Assembly (NCBI GenBank): GCA_030324005.1 | Contig: JARDVH010000059.1 | Coordinates: 94,755,309 to 94,819,308 of the forward strand | DNA: 64,000 nt | Origin: Negaprion brevirostris | Taxonomy: Eukaryota | Reading direction: 5' to 3' | Shown: positions 40,820-53,999 of the stretch, piece after piece | Layout of the letters: each line of letters opens with the position of its first letter | How positions within the stretch are numbered: position 1 is the first letter of the stretch | Position numbers and translations under genes: made by a program | Notes under the pieces: model-generated | Told to the model about the DNA's origin: nothing | The model's database searches: none | The model's input: the letters and a program-made list of their open reading frames with translations, nothing else

Positions 40820-43390
40820 ACCATTTTTTCCATTTTGAGTATGATGGTGACTGAGGTGATTTCTCAGAATTGTAGCAAAAGCCAAGTTTGTGGCCCCCCA
40901 TGTGGCTCAGCTGTGCAGGAGGGGAGGAGGAGGAAGAATGGAAGTGCTATAGTGGTAGACCATTCCAAAAGGGAACAGGCAATCATTTCTATGGCTGTAG
41001 GCAGTAGATGTGACTGCAGGATGATATGTTTCCTCCCTGGTGCCAGGACCAAGGATGTCACAGAGCAGCTGCAGGACGTTCTTTTGGGGGTGAGGGGGAG
41101 GGTAAACAGTCAAATGTAATGGTTCACTTTGACACCCCAACATAGACAGGAAAAGAGATGAGGTCCTGAAAGCAGATTTTAGAGAGGGAGGAAATTTAAA
41201 ACCAGGGCCTCCAGAGCAATGATCACAGGATTACTCCCAGTGCCACATTCTAGTGAGCATAAAAATTGGAAGATTTAGCTGTTCAATATGTGGCTGGAGA
41301 AATGGAGTAAGAGGAAGGGCTTCAGATTTCTTTGGCATTGGGACCAGTTCTGGGGCAGGTGGGATCTGTACAAGAAAGAAATGTTGCACTTTAACAGGGT
41401 TGGGGCTCTTGGAGAGGATTTAAACTTGATTGGAAGGGGAATGGGAACCTGACAAGAAATTCAGAGCAAAGAGGAGAAAACTGGCAGTGGAAAGTTGAGA
41501 AGTATTAACTGATACGGAGGATGTATCCAAGAGTAGCATCCAAGTAAATGGAATAATAGTATTGCTATTAACAGACCTGCCTCAAAGAAGGGCAGGACTG
41601 GGCACTAAATACAACTAGCTATGAGGTGTTTAGGAAAAAAGGTGTGCAGCATTGATTAAAGATAGTATTATAGTATTGGAGAGAGAGGAAGTTCAGAGGT
41701 TAAGGATGGAATTTCTGGCTAGAGGTAAGGGATGAAAAAGATACAATAACATTGATGTACTCTAATAGACCACCAACTTGTGGAAGGGTGCAAAGAAACA
41801 AATCTGCAAAGAAATTAGAGGTGCAGGGAGTAATTATAATGGGGGGACTTCTGTTATCCAAATACAGACTGGGATAGGACTGGTGCAAGAGGAGTGAATG
41901 TACCTGAATATGCTCAAGATAATTTTCTGCAGCAGCGTGTTTCCAGTGCAGTGAGAGGACAGACTCTGTTAGACCTGGTTCTGGGGGAGACAGTTGGCTC
42001 AAGTGAATCAGGTATCCATGGAGAGCTTTTAGTGAACAGTGACCATTGTTTTATAAGGCTTTTGTTGACCATAGAAAAGGATAAGGAACAATCCAGAGCA
42101 GGATTAATTAATTGAAGGAAAATAAACTTTGGGATCAGAATGTACCCAAGTCGTTTAAGTTGAAATCAAACGTTGGCAGAAAGGACAGTGGCTGAACAAT
42201 GGGCCATCATCGAAGAAAAAGTATTGTAGGCAATGTCAAGGTATTTCGCTTCAAAGAGGAAAATTAGAACAAATAAATCCAGAGCCCATGGATGACGAGA
42301 GAGGTACAGGTGAATATAAAAAGGAAGAAGTGCATGTGTGACGGGCATCGATAAGCAGTACCATGGAAAATCAGGTTGAATGTAGGACTGGGGCAAGTGA
42401 AATAGTAAGAAGTTAGGAGAGAGCATCAGAAGAGACTTGCAGCTAACGTAAAAGGGAATCTCAAGGTTTTCTGTAAGCATATAAATGACGAAAAGGTGGC
42501 AAAAGAGAGAGTAGGGCTGATTAAGGATATAAAAAAGGAGACTTGCAAGTGGAAGCAGGAAAAATAGTGGAATTATTAAACAAGTGCTTTGCATCTGTCT
42601 TTACAAAGGAAGAAGATGCCAAGGTGAGAAAGAAGATAACTGGTATTCAAAGAATTTGCAATTGAGAAGCAGGTGATGTTAAAATAGGCAGGAACCAGGA
42701 CTGGATGAGATGCATTTAAGGATGCTGAGGGAAGTAAGATGGAAATTGAAGAAACACTGATGATAATCTTCCAGTCTTGGACATAGATGGTGCCAGAGGA
42801 CTGCAGAAAAGTGAATGTCACATCCTTGTTCAAAAACGGGTGCAAGGGTTAAGCCAACAACAACAGACCAATCAGTTTGACTTCGGTGGTAGGGAGTTAA
42901 GGCCAGTAACTTTATTAAAGATGTCATGTTAAACTTGTATAAGGCACCAGTTAGGCCTTATCTGAAGTACTGTCCAGTTCTGCATACTTTTCTTGAGAAA
43001 CCATGTGAAGGTACTGAAAAGAATACAGAGATTTACAAGAATCATTCCAGGGATAAAGGCATGTAGCCAAGAGGATAAATTTGAGAGGTTGAATCTGTTT
43101 TCCTTGCAGAAAAGAAGGCTGAGAGGGGATGTGATAGAGGCATTCACGATCCTGAGGGATATGGACAGGATAAATAGTGAGAAACTGTTTCACTGAGGAG
43201 AGCATCAAAAGGGTGCCAATTCTTTCTGCAAGGGTGATGGAGTCAGTTTTTGAGGTATTCAAAACATAATTGTTATCTGAAAAGAAAGAATTTGCAAGGG
43301 TAAGGCAAGGGAATGGGACTAAGTAGAATGCTGTTTCAGAGAGCCAGTGCAGACTCGGGCCTAATGGCTGGCTTCCTACACTAAAGATTC
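40820..43390 (+). mobile_element. CR1-like LINE, degenerate ORF1 esterase and ORF2 with deletions
   Basis: CFLPGARTKDVTEQL, QTLLDLVL and KRRLRGDVIEAF remnants. Confidence 0.8.
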
Positions 43391-43496
43391 TGTGAATCGT
43401 AGAGCTTAAAAGAAATTGTAAACATTTTTTGGTACTGATATTTTCTCTTTAAATCCTTGGTACATAATTAACTCTCTGCTGTTCCTCCTTTATGAT

Positions 43497-43673
43497 GTGG
43501 AGATGCCAACATTGGACTTGGGTGGGCACAGTAAGAAGTGGCACCACANNNNNNNNNNNNNNNNNNNNNNNNNNNNNNNNNNNNNNNNNNNNNNNNNNNN
43601 NNNNNNNNNNNNNNTAATCATTCCAAATAAACCTGTTGGACTTTAACCTGGTGTTGTGAGACTTCTTACTGTA
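43497..43673. mobile_element. Short Penelope insertion with inverted ends and target-site duplication
   Basis: Inverted tail copies around a gap; TCCTCCTTTATGAT (43483-43496) versus TCCTGCTTTATGAT (43674-43687). Confidence 0.6.
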
Positions 43674-46600
43674 TCCTGCTTTATGATATTCCTTAAAGTC
43701 TATTGTTTGGTCAACTGTCTTACTATCTCTTATGTGGCTCAGTGTCACGTTCTGTTTCATGTTCTTACGAAGCACCTTGGGACATACCACTGTGTTCAGG
43801 GAGTTACATTGAAAGCTACTGTTGCAGCCCATTATCGGTTTTTATGATTCTGCNNNNNNNNNNGTCCATCCGCAAAAGAACAACACTGAAATGACCTTTT
43901 CAATTACAGAACTTGAAATAAAGGTCAAAACAGTTTTTATGACCCTCTCCGCCCAAACCACTGGGTTAAGTAGAGTGCTGGAGATACAGATTGGCCTGTT
44001 AAACCTGCAATTATTTTTTCAAAAGATGGCATTTTTTTAACATATCTCAGTTCACAACTTCTCTGAAAGCACAGACAAACAGAAAACAAAGTCACCATTT
44101 GAATCTTAGACTGTGTAGCACAGTCGTGCTATTTATCACTTTTCTTGTTACTATAAGGCTTTATTGAATTGATACAACAGCTTGGGTGCCAGTAAGTAGC
44201 TGTTATCACTGTGTTGTCGAGTCTAGATTCTGTGGTTGAGATTACACAGCCGGACAGGCTGGTCTTTGTGTTCAAAGTTTAGATAACTGTTCGTTAGAAA
44301 AATAATCCAAATGGAGAAAATTTCATGAATATTTTACTTTTAAATCACAATTTACAAAAATTATTTGACCCACAAAAACATTCACTCTAGGAAACTCCTG
44401 GTGCAGGCTTTGTACTAAGGGGGTTACATCCATTTCTCTTTGCTTTCTCAGTGGATAGATGATCAATCGTGGTATGTGACGTACTGCTCAACTAATAGGA
44501 TGGGGACTATTATAATTAAACATACAGCACCCCTAAGCGTACCAACTTTTTTTTTACCATTGGTACCATGCATGTGGTATATGTCTCTGCATTTTAACAC
44601 TGCTGTACATTCATCGCTTCTTGTCAATTCTGCATTTTTAATAAGGACCTGTATACTCTGGTGTTAATTTAAAACAGCTGCTTAAATTAAAAGAAAATCC
44701 TAGGTTGTGTTCATTTTAATACTGTTTTTAAAAACAGTCTGCTACAGCATTCCAGCTATGATTTATTTTTTTTAAATACTTTTTTAACCTGATTTGGTCT
44801 CCTAACTCTTGTCACAAGAATCAGATCTTCTCCTGGAAAGATGAAGGTGCCAAAATTTCATGCTTTGCTCCAAGACTTTGTTATATTACATGGCAACCAA
44901 TAAGAAAAGGTTTGCAGGTGGATATTTGCCTACAATGCCATAGTGATCACAGACACACTTAAATCTTTAATATTATTGCCACATTCATCCTTGAAGTATG
45001 CAAAGTATATATTCATATATATGATCCAAATCAAAGGAGGAAAAGGCCTAGGAATTGAATTTGCTTTTTGTTTTTCATGCAGAAAATGGCATTGGAAGTG
45101 CCACTACAGCTTGCACAAGCTCCTTTGTGCCAGAAAAGCACTGTATATCAAATTGATTGGAGTACTCAAGAATCATAGAGTACCTGCTTGAAACTAGAGT
45201 TCAGCCCATTGCCTTTAGAGAGCTGAATATTTATTTTAAGTCCCGTTACTGGATCAGGATATACTCAGCATGCTGTGTTCAGTTTTCTCCAGTAAAGCAG
45301 CCAAACCAGCAATCCTTAAGAGACCTCTGGAGGCTGTCATCAAAAAGGCAGGCAAAAATAATTTTACCACCTGAATATGAAGCCAGGGAAGCAGGAGTCC
45401 GATTTTCGGACACTAGTTTTATTTGAATATTTTGATTGTACCTCTGTGAAAATGTTCTTTTTGAATTTGAAGTTAATTGTATTAGTGCTACTCAGCCTGT
45501 TTTATGCTGCCCAAAACTGGCTGTGCTGTGAAGTTCTCTAGCTTTGCTGGATGTCCTTGACGCTTCTGAGTAAAACTATTTGTAACTGTGGCCTGTTTGT
45601 GGCAGATAAATGTTTCAGAATTGGACAGTGAGTTGCTAGGTAATACTGAAAACATAATGTGCATTGTAATATTGTAAAATAATTATACTTCCAAAGCCAA
45701 TGAAAACAATCTTGGGTGTGAAGCAATCTGTCAAACTTTCTGTTAGAAGTTACATTTTTGCTAAGACTTCTAAAGCACATTCAATGAAAGCACAATAAAG
45801 AAGTGTGGAAAAGAAATTACTTGAAGGTATGGTTTGTGCTGAGATACAGTTGCAGAAGTGAGGCATCGGAGGTCTGTAAACATCCATTCTGCATGTGGAG
45901 ACTGTGCAGTACTCTGGTCGGCATCTCCAAAATCCAATAAAGTTTGGATCTCCTGTGCATGTGCCAACTTGGAAAGAGCCACACAGGCATGGTTTACATA
46001 TTTTACATTAGCCATGACCAATGGGATTTAGAGCTGAAGGCCAAGGTCCCAAATGCCTGCACAAAAAGTGAAAACTGAAAAAGGGGACACAAACCCTGGG
46101 AGAAGCAAGAGATACAGGGAGAGGTTTAAAACAAAACAAGCAAGAGGACAGCCTGAAGTTTAAAAACAAAGCAAAGGGAAGAAGACAGAAAATAGAAGAT
46201 GTATCTCAAAAAATGTTTCTAGTATAGTGATGTGCCATGACGTATAAAAGATTGGGAACTACTGGTGTGTAGATAGTTGTTTGGTGTGGTGGAACATTCC
46301 CTGCCAAAACTGAGGTACGAATGACCTGTTGCCTTGGCTAAAATAAACTGATATGAGCAGGAGTTTTAATTGCCTGGGGCGGGTGGGTGGGGTGAGTAAT
46401 TAGGTCAGCACTATTGTTGCAGTATTAGCAAAAGTTGGACAAAATGAGAAACAGTTGTCCAAGTTTGTTTTTTAATTGGAAGAACTGTCTCTAATTGAAT
46501 GTCCCAGTGTTATTAAATGGTCTTTTGTTACAGCACCTAGTCAACTCTATTGATGNNNNNNNNNNAGTCTTGGCTTGCTGCACTTTTTCTTCCCTTCATG

Positions 46601-46805
46601 TCCTGTACAACATATGTAGCTACACATCTAGGCCCTAATCACCAGTTTTCTCTCCTGTGCAGGATTTTCTTTTTATTTAGGTTCACATTCCGAGCTTGGA
46701 AGTGGGAGCTCCTGCCACCATAAACTTCATGCTACTGACAGTCTTCAAGCTGCACATGTGATGATGATGTAAACCAACTGTGCCCCAATCATCTTCCTCT
46801 TTTAG

Positions 46806-46940
46806 GCTCTTGATAGACATTGCAACTGCTGATTCATGTGAAGAAAATGAGATGAGTCTGAAGTTTGGAGCCACTTTGAAGGACTGCAAGCATCTGTTGG
46901 AATCTGCAAAAGAAGTAGGAGTTCAGGTGGTTGGTGTCAG
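46806..46940 (+). CDS. AZIN1: AZIN1 exon 6: LLIDIATADS...SLKFGATLKDCKHLLESAKEVGVQVVGV
   Basis: KFGATL motif; acceptor ttttAG, donor AG|GTGAGC; phase matches exon 5. Confidence 0.93.
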
Positions 46941-47247
46941 GTGAGCAGCACAATTATTTCTCTGGTTCAATAATGTCACATTTGGATGGGATGCCGTAAG
47001 ATGTTTCCTTATTGAAAGCTGCAAACTTCTATTATTAAAATTTGGAAAATGCAGATATAATTGGTTATTATCATATGTGCAATCTGCCCATTGCTGCAGT
47101 AGTAGCACTTAGCTGGTGTAACGATTCCAGATGGGTTTTTTCCCATTGAACATCAAGTATCCAGTGCACTTCTTTCACACAATTCAAACATGATAATTTG
47201 GAACAGCACTGTGTGTCAGAGAAGGAGTATACAGGTGGTGACTGCTA

Positions 47248-47547
47248 AAATTTAAAGTTTACCTATTAGCGTGATAAGTCACCTCACATTAACATCATAA
47301 TGGCGTTACTGTGAAAATCCCCTAGTCACCATACTCTGGCACCTGTTCGGGTTTGCTGAGAGAGAATTTAGTATGGCCAATGTACCTAACCACGTTTTTT
47401 GGACTGTGGGAGAAAACTGAAGCACCCAGAGGAGACCCGTGTAGGCGTGGGGAGAATGTGCAGAGTCCACACAGACTGTGACCCAAGCAAGAAATCAAAC
47501 CCAGATCCCTGGCACTGTGTGGCAGCAGTGCTCACCACCGTGCTGCC
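47248..47547 (-). mobile_element. tRNA-derived SINE (HE1/V-SINE-like)
   Basis: Reverse complement of the 9330-9620 family. Confidence 0.75.
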
Positions 47548-49249
47548 CCCACCAGGCTCCTGTTGAACTATTGTTGGGCTCTCTTTCTGTTGCCCATTAA
47601 GCTCCTGAGGGATGAGAGGCTGCTCGCTAATTGATTTCACACTGCTTTTTCCATTCCAGTAACATGAAAAGGCTTGAAGCTTTGTGGTTTACCTTTATTG
47701 GTTTCACCGGTATGGGGACCTCTTGTGTATGTGGATTGGCTTGCGTGTTCATGTAGCTCTCACTTCTGAGATTTACTTCTTCTGTGGAAGAAATTCTTGT
47801 ATGTATGTGTAACGGGCATTGCATTATTGCCCACCCACTCTGGTCTCTTTCTATAAAAGATTGGACAGCCCTGCTGTTCAAATGGAAAAAAAATTTGGTC
47901 TTATGACCATGACTTCACTCTTAAGTAATTTAACTTAAGATTGGAAAATACAAAGTGAAAGCCAAATAATTGCCCACACAAATGGAAATGGGGTGTTCTC
48001 CTTGGCCCACTCAAAATCCCTTAGGTTCTGTTTGAGAATTGCATTGGCAGAAATTCTTGATTTGGTATATAATCACATTTCAGCAAAAAAAACGCCTAAA
48101 GTGGCATTCTATCCAAAGTGGAGAAACCATAGGCTCCAGATAATATACTGATTGTTTAGAACACTCAGCTTTGCTTCTTACGGTCCATAGAAAACGTATA
48201 ATTTAAACTTACTTTTCTGTGCTTGTCAGTTCTAAAAATGTAATCGTAAGATTCCTATAAAGTAAATTGCTGCAACTTCAGTGCGATTTAAATTCTTGGC
48301 CTGATGTTCGAAACTTGCCTTTAGCTTGTATATAAAATTAGATGCATTTTACTTGCCGTGTTTTTCCACAAGATAATTTCTTAGGCGGGTGGAAGTTTGT
48401 TGAGATAGTCAGGAAGTGATGTTTAATTATATGCCCATTACAGAATTATAGTTGCGTAGTGAAGCTCAAATTAATAATGTGGCCAAATATAATTGTATTC
48501 TTCAAATCTAAAATGTTTGTCACTTTGTGCCCCCTATATAAGTGGTATCAAATCTAGGATGGAAGCTTTTGTCAGCAATTATGTGCAATCAATTGGACAT
48601 GATCTTTGGGGAAATCGATTGCACATACTCTTTGGGGAGAAAAACAATTTTAGAAGTGGTCCCTGAAGGTAATTAAATTGTTCACGAGATTCAATTAGCT
48701 AGCAATTGTTTGTTTGGAATTTTATGTAGGGATTCTTTGCCACTTGGGTCTGTATAGCAGCAATTATTTTTACATTTTAGCTTTATTGTCTATTTTTAGA
48801 GATAACAGACTCTTATAGTCTAAAGAAGGCCATTCAGCTCATCATACTTATGCTGACTTTTTGAAAGGGCTATATAATTAGTCTCACTCCCCTGCTCTTT
48901 GACCATAGTTCTGCAATTGTTTTTCCTTTTAATTATTTTAACCATTTTACCCAATTCCTGTTTGAAAATTACTACTGAGGCTGCTTCCACCATCCTTTCA
49001 GGCAGTGCATTTGAGATCCTGTAAGAAAATTCTCATCTCTCCTTCGGTCATTTGCCTGTTACCTTACTGCAAGAGCCCAAGAGGTAGCTGTAGACCATAC
49101 GCCTATCAAGTCTGTTTCACCATTCAAAGCGATTGTGGTGATCGTGTCTTCAATGCCACAGCTCTGAGTGAAGAAATTATTTTTTCCTCATTTCAGTCCT
49201 AAATAACCATTCCCTTACCCTGAGAATGCATTCAATGTTCTTGATTTCC

Positions 49250-49960
49250 CAGCCCACAGAGACAATCTCTGTATCTAACCTTATCAAACAACTTCATAAA
49301 GATGTCTGTTTTGAGATTCCCTTCATTCCAATAAGCTTCAGAGAATATCTGTCCGATTTACTCAGCCTCTTATCATAGGACAACCTTGCCATTCGAGGGA
49401 CTAACCTAATGAACCTTTGTTGTCCTGTCTCCAATGCAAGTATATTCTTGCTTAGATATGAAGACCAAAGCAGCACATAATATTATAGGTGTAGTGTAGC
49501 CAAAATGTACAATTGTAGCTAGNNNNNNNNNNATCTTAGACTTGTTTCTGTTCCTGTACTCCAATCTGTTTGCAATAAAGGCCAATGTGCCTTTAATCTT
49601 CCTAATACTTGCTATACCTGCATTCAAACTTTGTGCTCCTTGTGCGAGGATATCCAAGACTCCTGAACATCAATATTTTGAAGTTTTGTACCTTTTGTTT
49701 TTAAATCTTTTTTCTACAACCAAAGTGAATAACCTCGCCCTTCCCACATTATTTCCATCTGCTATCTTGTTTCCTAGTTATGTAATCTGTCGGTATCTCT
49801 TTGTAGCCTCTATGTTCTCGCATATATTTTTACCCAGTTTTATACTGTCAGCAAACTTTGATGCGTTACTCAGTAATGCATGAGGCCTCAGTGCTGCCCT
49901 GTGGCACTCCACTAATACATCCTGCTAACTTGAAAATGACCCATCTATGCTTACTCTTTA
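49250..49960 (-). mobile_element. CR1-like LINE 3' remnant
   Basis: QRFIRLVPRMARLSYDKRL and LAFIANRLEYR on the minus strand. Confidence 0.7.
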
Positions 49961-51730
49961 CCTTCCTTATGTTTGAACCCTCAGGTTACTGACTCACCCA
50001 TCAGTGGAAACAGTTTCTCCTTATTTACTCTTAAAAGCCATCTAAATTTGCAACACTTGCGTTACGTCTCCCTCTAATTTCCACTTCTCTGAATAGTTTC
50101 TACCTCTGTGGAAATATAGCTTTGAAACACGTGGACAGCATACAGAAAGCTGTTTTTAATCCAGGGTGCCTTTCTCTTTGCATTGACCCCAAAATGTGCT
50201 GAAGATAAGAACAAAGGCATGGTAAGGGAAGTTAGAATCATAAAAAGGATATTCAGAGTTTGCTTTGCGTTTCATGCAGAAAAGTCTAAAGTTGTAGTGG
50301 TTAAAAACCTCACTGTTGATATGGGACCTGTAAACATAGCTAACAATCAATATTAATACCTTGTCTCACAATTAATTGTAGCGTCCATTTAGCACACCCA
50401 AATTAAAATTGTAAGCCTGTAAAATTTTGCTGTTGGTTCTTGACAGTTTCATAATATTTGGTTTTGAGGGGTATGGTTTCAATATCAGCTCCAACATTCC
50501 TCCTAAGTTGCACATTCCCCTGGCAATCCAAAAGTCCTTGTGCAGACCACGTACGAGTCAATCTCTTTAAATTAACTGTGCTTGTGTGGCAACATTAAAG
50601 AACATTTAAAAGTGCTGGACAATTGATGAAGTTGCCCACGCGCTCCAAAATAAATTAGGGGGAACATTACTCAGCGCTGAAATCACTTTTATGTCGATGG
50701 TTTATGTTCCGGGTTTTCAGTACACCTCTACCTCACTGTTGCTAGTATTGACAATTATAGTGTGTCTACTCTAATCACTTAATTAATGGAAGAAATTGCT
50801 GCAAATATTAAACAATGTTAATATTTGCCTTATTCACCTGGTACGTAGCTCTAATTTTGAACCTTTTGCCATGCAATCCTAAAATCACTATAAATTGTAT
50901 CTTCAGTCTGCCAATCAAATTAGCTGACTTCAGNNNNNNNNNNNNNNNNNNNNNNNNNNNNNNNNNNNNNNNNNNNNNNNNNNNNNNNNNNNNNNNNNNN
51001 NNNNNNNNNNNNNNNNNNNNNNNNNNNNNNNNNNNNNNNNNNNNNNNNNNNNNNNNNNNNNNNNNNNNNNNNNNNNNNNNNNNNNNNNNNNNNNNNNNNN
51101 NNNNNNNNNNNNNNNNNNNNNNNNNNNNNNNNNNNNNNNNNNNNNNNNNNNNNNNNNNNNNNNNNNNNNNNNNNNNNNNNNNNNNNNNNNNNNNNNNNNN
51201 NNNNNNNNNNNNNNNNNNNNNNNNNNNNNNNNNNNNNNNNNNNNNNNNNNNNNNNNNNNNNNNNNNNNNNNNNNNNNNNNNNNNGATGTTAGAAATTTGT
51301 TTGCATCACTACATAATTTATCCAATAGAGGGTGCTGCTCTCGTTGGTTCCTGTTGATTTACTAAATTGAGTGTCAGTTATGTGTTAATGGATCACCTCA
51401 CATTGCCCATATTAAGTGCAATACTTAGTAAGAATATAGCAGCACATCTTGTGATGTGTTAGGGTCCCTGCTTTTGGCAACTGAACATGTGTTTTGAAAT
51501 TTTTTCACTCCTGTTTATTGTCACAATCGGAACCAAATTGGTTCATGACATTGTAAATGACTCCCAAACAGACCATGTTAAAATGTCTCATTCAGTCTTT
51601 ATCATGTCATAAGATCCTTTTTTCTCCATTTTAATCTTTTATCTTTGTGTGCCATCTTACAGGAAAATACAATTTACAAAGAAAAATAGATTCTTAAAAA
51701 ATCCCTGATTTCAACTGTTCTCTGTTATAG

Positions 51731-51811
51731 GCAGAGTTTGGTTTCAACATGAATCTGCTTGACATTGGAGGTGGATTTTCTGGAACAGATGGGGAATTAC
51801 AGCTTGAAAAG
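51731..51811 (+). CDS. AZIN1: AZIN1 exon 8: AEFGFNMNLLDIGGGFSGTDGELQLEK
   Basis: LDIGGGF glycine loop; acceptor ttatAG, donor AAG|GTATGG. Confidence 0.94.
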
Positions 51812-52304
51812 GTATGGAAAAGACATTGTTCTAAATTGTTCCAAGTATAGAGTAAAATATTCAGTGTACCGTGTCGAGGAATAATGAGGCGTGGGAATTT
51901 CCCTATGGCGTGAATCTCTACTTTGTGGTAAAGTGGTAAGCAAAGAAGAGCAAGTGTCCTGCGCTGCTGTTACACATTTAATGGCTGGTTGTAGAACTTT
52001 ATTGGCAAGGACCTGGTGACAGCTTGTCTCTTCCGTGTGCCTTCGCATCAAATGTTCATCCAGAGGTTTATGATTTCTCTCATAAGTAGGAAAAATCCAT
52101 AAACTGCTTGCAAAATAACCTGACCATATTTGAAGTCATTCATATTCTTTTCACTGTATTCGGACAGTGGTGGGTTTGTTCTTAACTAGAGCTAACTGTT
52201 CCAAGTAGACTTCTATTTCATGAGTTTAAAAAGTGTCGCTTTATATGCGTACAAGTATTAGAATATGGTTGGTACTTTAGTAATGAATTTGTCTCCCATT
52301 CTAG

Positions 52305-52470
52305 GTTTGTGATGCCGTTAATCCACTGCTTGATATTTACTTCCCTCCTGAAAGTGGCATTAAAATCATTGCTGAACCTGGGAGCTACTATGTGAATTCT
52401 GCATTCACTCTTGCAGTTAACATTGTAGCCAAGAAAGCTGTTGCAAGAAATTCACAAGACCAGTCTGAAG
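52305..52470 (+). CDS. AZIN1: AZIN1 exon 9: [14 protein letters not shown]...[24 protein letters not shown]...
   Basis: EPGSYY (AZIN1-type; ODC has EPGRYY); acceptor ttctAG, donor G|GTAATT (phase 1). Confidence 0.95.
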
Positions 52471-53566
52471 GTAATTCCAAAGGTTCTCATTGAGTTTCAC
52501 TATTAGTAGAATGTTATGTTATTGATATTCATATGATGGCTACTTATAAGAAATATTGTTAGCCCAGTAATTTTTTTCCAATGCAAAATATAGTTAGTTT
52601 TACTTTAAAGTGCCTTTGGTTCCGATGACTTGAAGCATTTTCTAGATCAGATGTAACAAGTAGAATTCTTTATATTCTTGCTCAGTAATGTACTTTATTA
52701 TTAATCTTAAAGGAATGACCCTAATCTGTGTTGGTTCGGTTCCCATGTCCTCATCTCCACTATATATTTACATTGTTGTAGTTTCCCTGAATGAAAGTGC
52801 TTCATTATATGTGGATTATACCATGGATTTTTGACACACTTGGAACTGTATTGGCTACTGGCAAGTCACTACAGCAATTTTGCTAACTTGGTTTATCTTT
52901 CCAAAGAAATTTACAGTTATTTCCTAACAGCATTCAGTATGCATCAAATGAGTTGGGAGTTGTGCTTCTGTGCATTAATTAGAAGACAATCCAAGATATT
53001 AAGCACTTTGGCAAAACTAATTCCTGGCCTCATTCCAGAATTCCCCTATTAGCAGTTTGTATCTAATGTGGTCTTATCATTTACAAATACCTTGAAATTG
53101 CCTGGGATTAACCTCATTTTTGTCCCGTGTAATATCTTGCATATCAGTTTCTTGTACATTTTCTTCCGTAGAATCCTTCAATTGCTGAGCAGAGACTGTC
53201 ATCCCTTGTATCTGGGCTAAATTTGACAATCAGTACAATGTACAATTCCACTGAGCAATCCAGTCCATTGATGGCCCTTTATATATTTATTCTAAACTCT
53301 ATTTAATGCAGCAAATGTGTGTTTATACTCTAGGAAAGCTGACTATTATCACAATGGTGATGAGGGTATCCCTCTTGGATGTAGTATAAATGGATGTATG
53401 TCACAGAATTATGGGATTGGAAAAATGGAGCCAATTGGACAGCTCTTTCAAAAGAGCTTAAACAAGCAAAATAGGCTGATTGGCCGTCTCCTTGCTGCAT
53501 GATTTTATAAACAGGAATTAACAAAAACAGAAATCTGAAAAGTAATGATTTCCTCATCCCTTACAG

Positions 53567-53685
53567 TGGTTATGTCCTCCATGAATGGTGAACCGTTCTT
53601 CATATATTACATTAGTGATGGTGTTTATGGCTCCTTTGCAAACAATTTGTATGGAAACGTGAATGCCATTCCAATTCTTCATAAG
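53567..53685 (+). CDS. AZIN1: AZIN1 exon 10: ...EPFFIYYISDGVYGSFANNLYGNVNAIPILHK
   Basis: DGVYGSF motif; acceptor ttacAG, donor AAG|GTAAGA; phases consistent. Confidence 0.94.
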
Positions 53686-53999
53686 GTAAGATTATTACTC
53701 TGGCAGGCATTAGGGAGAGGAACTCTGTTGTAAAATCAAACTTACTTGGTTTTAATTTGAGAATTTGCTTAATGCAGTTAAGTATTTATAGAAACTGAAA
53801 GTATGATTTTTGCATGTCGGCCTAACAAAACCTGAGCTGATAAATGAGGCCAGTTGTTATGATGAGAAACCTTGTAAAAGTTGTGTTTTATTCCTCAGGC
53901 AAGTGAAAATTAACACAAGCCATTTCATTTTTTCTGCCAAAATTAATACTTTTGCAGACTTCGGCCCATTTGAAACCCAAGAACATCTTTAAAATTCTG

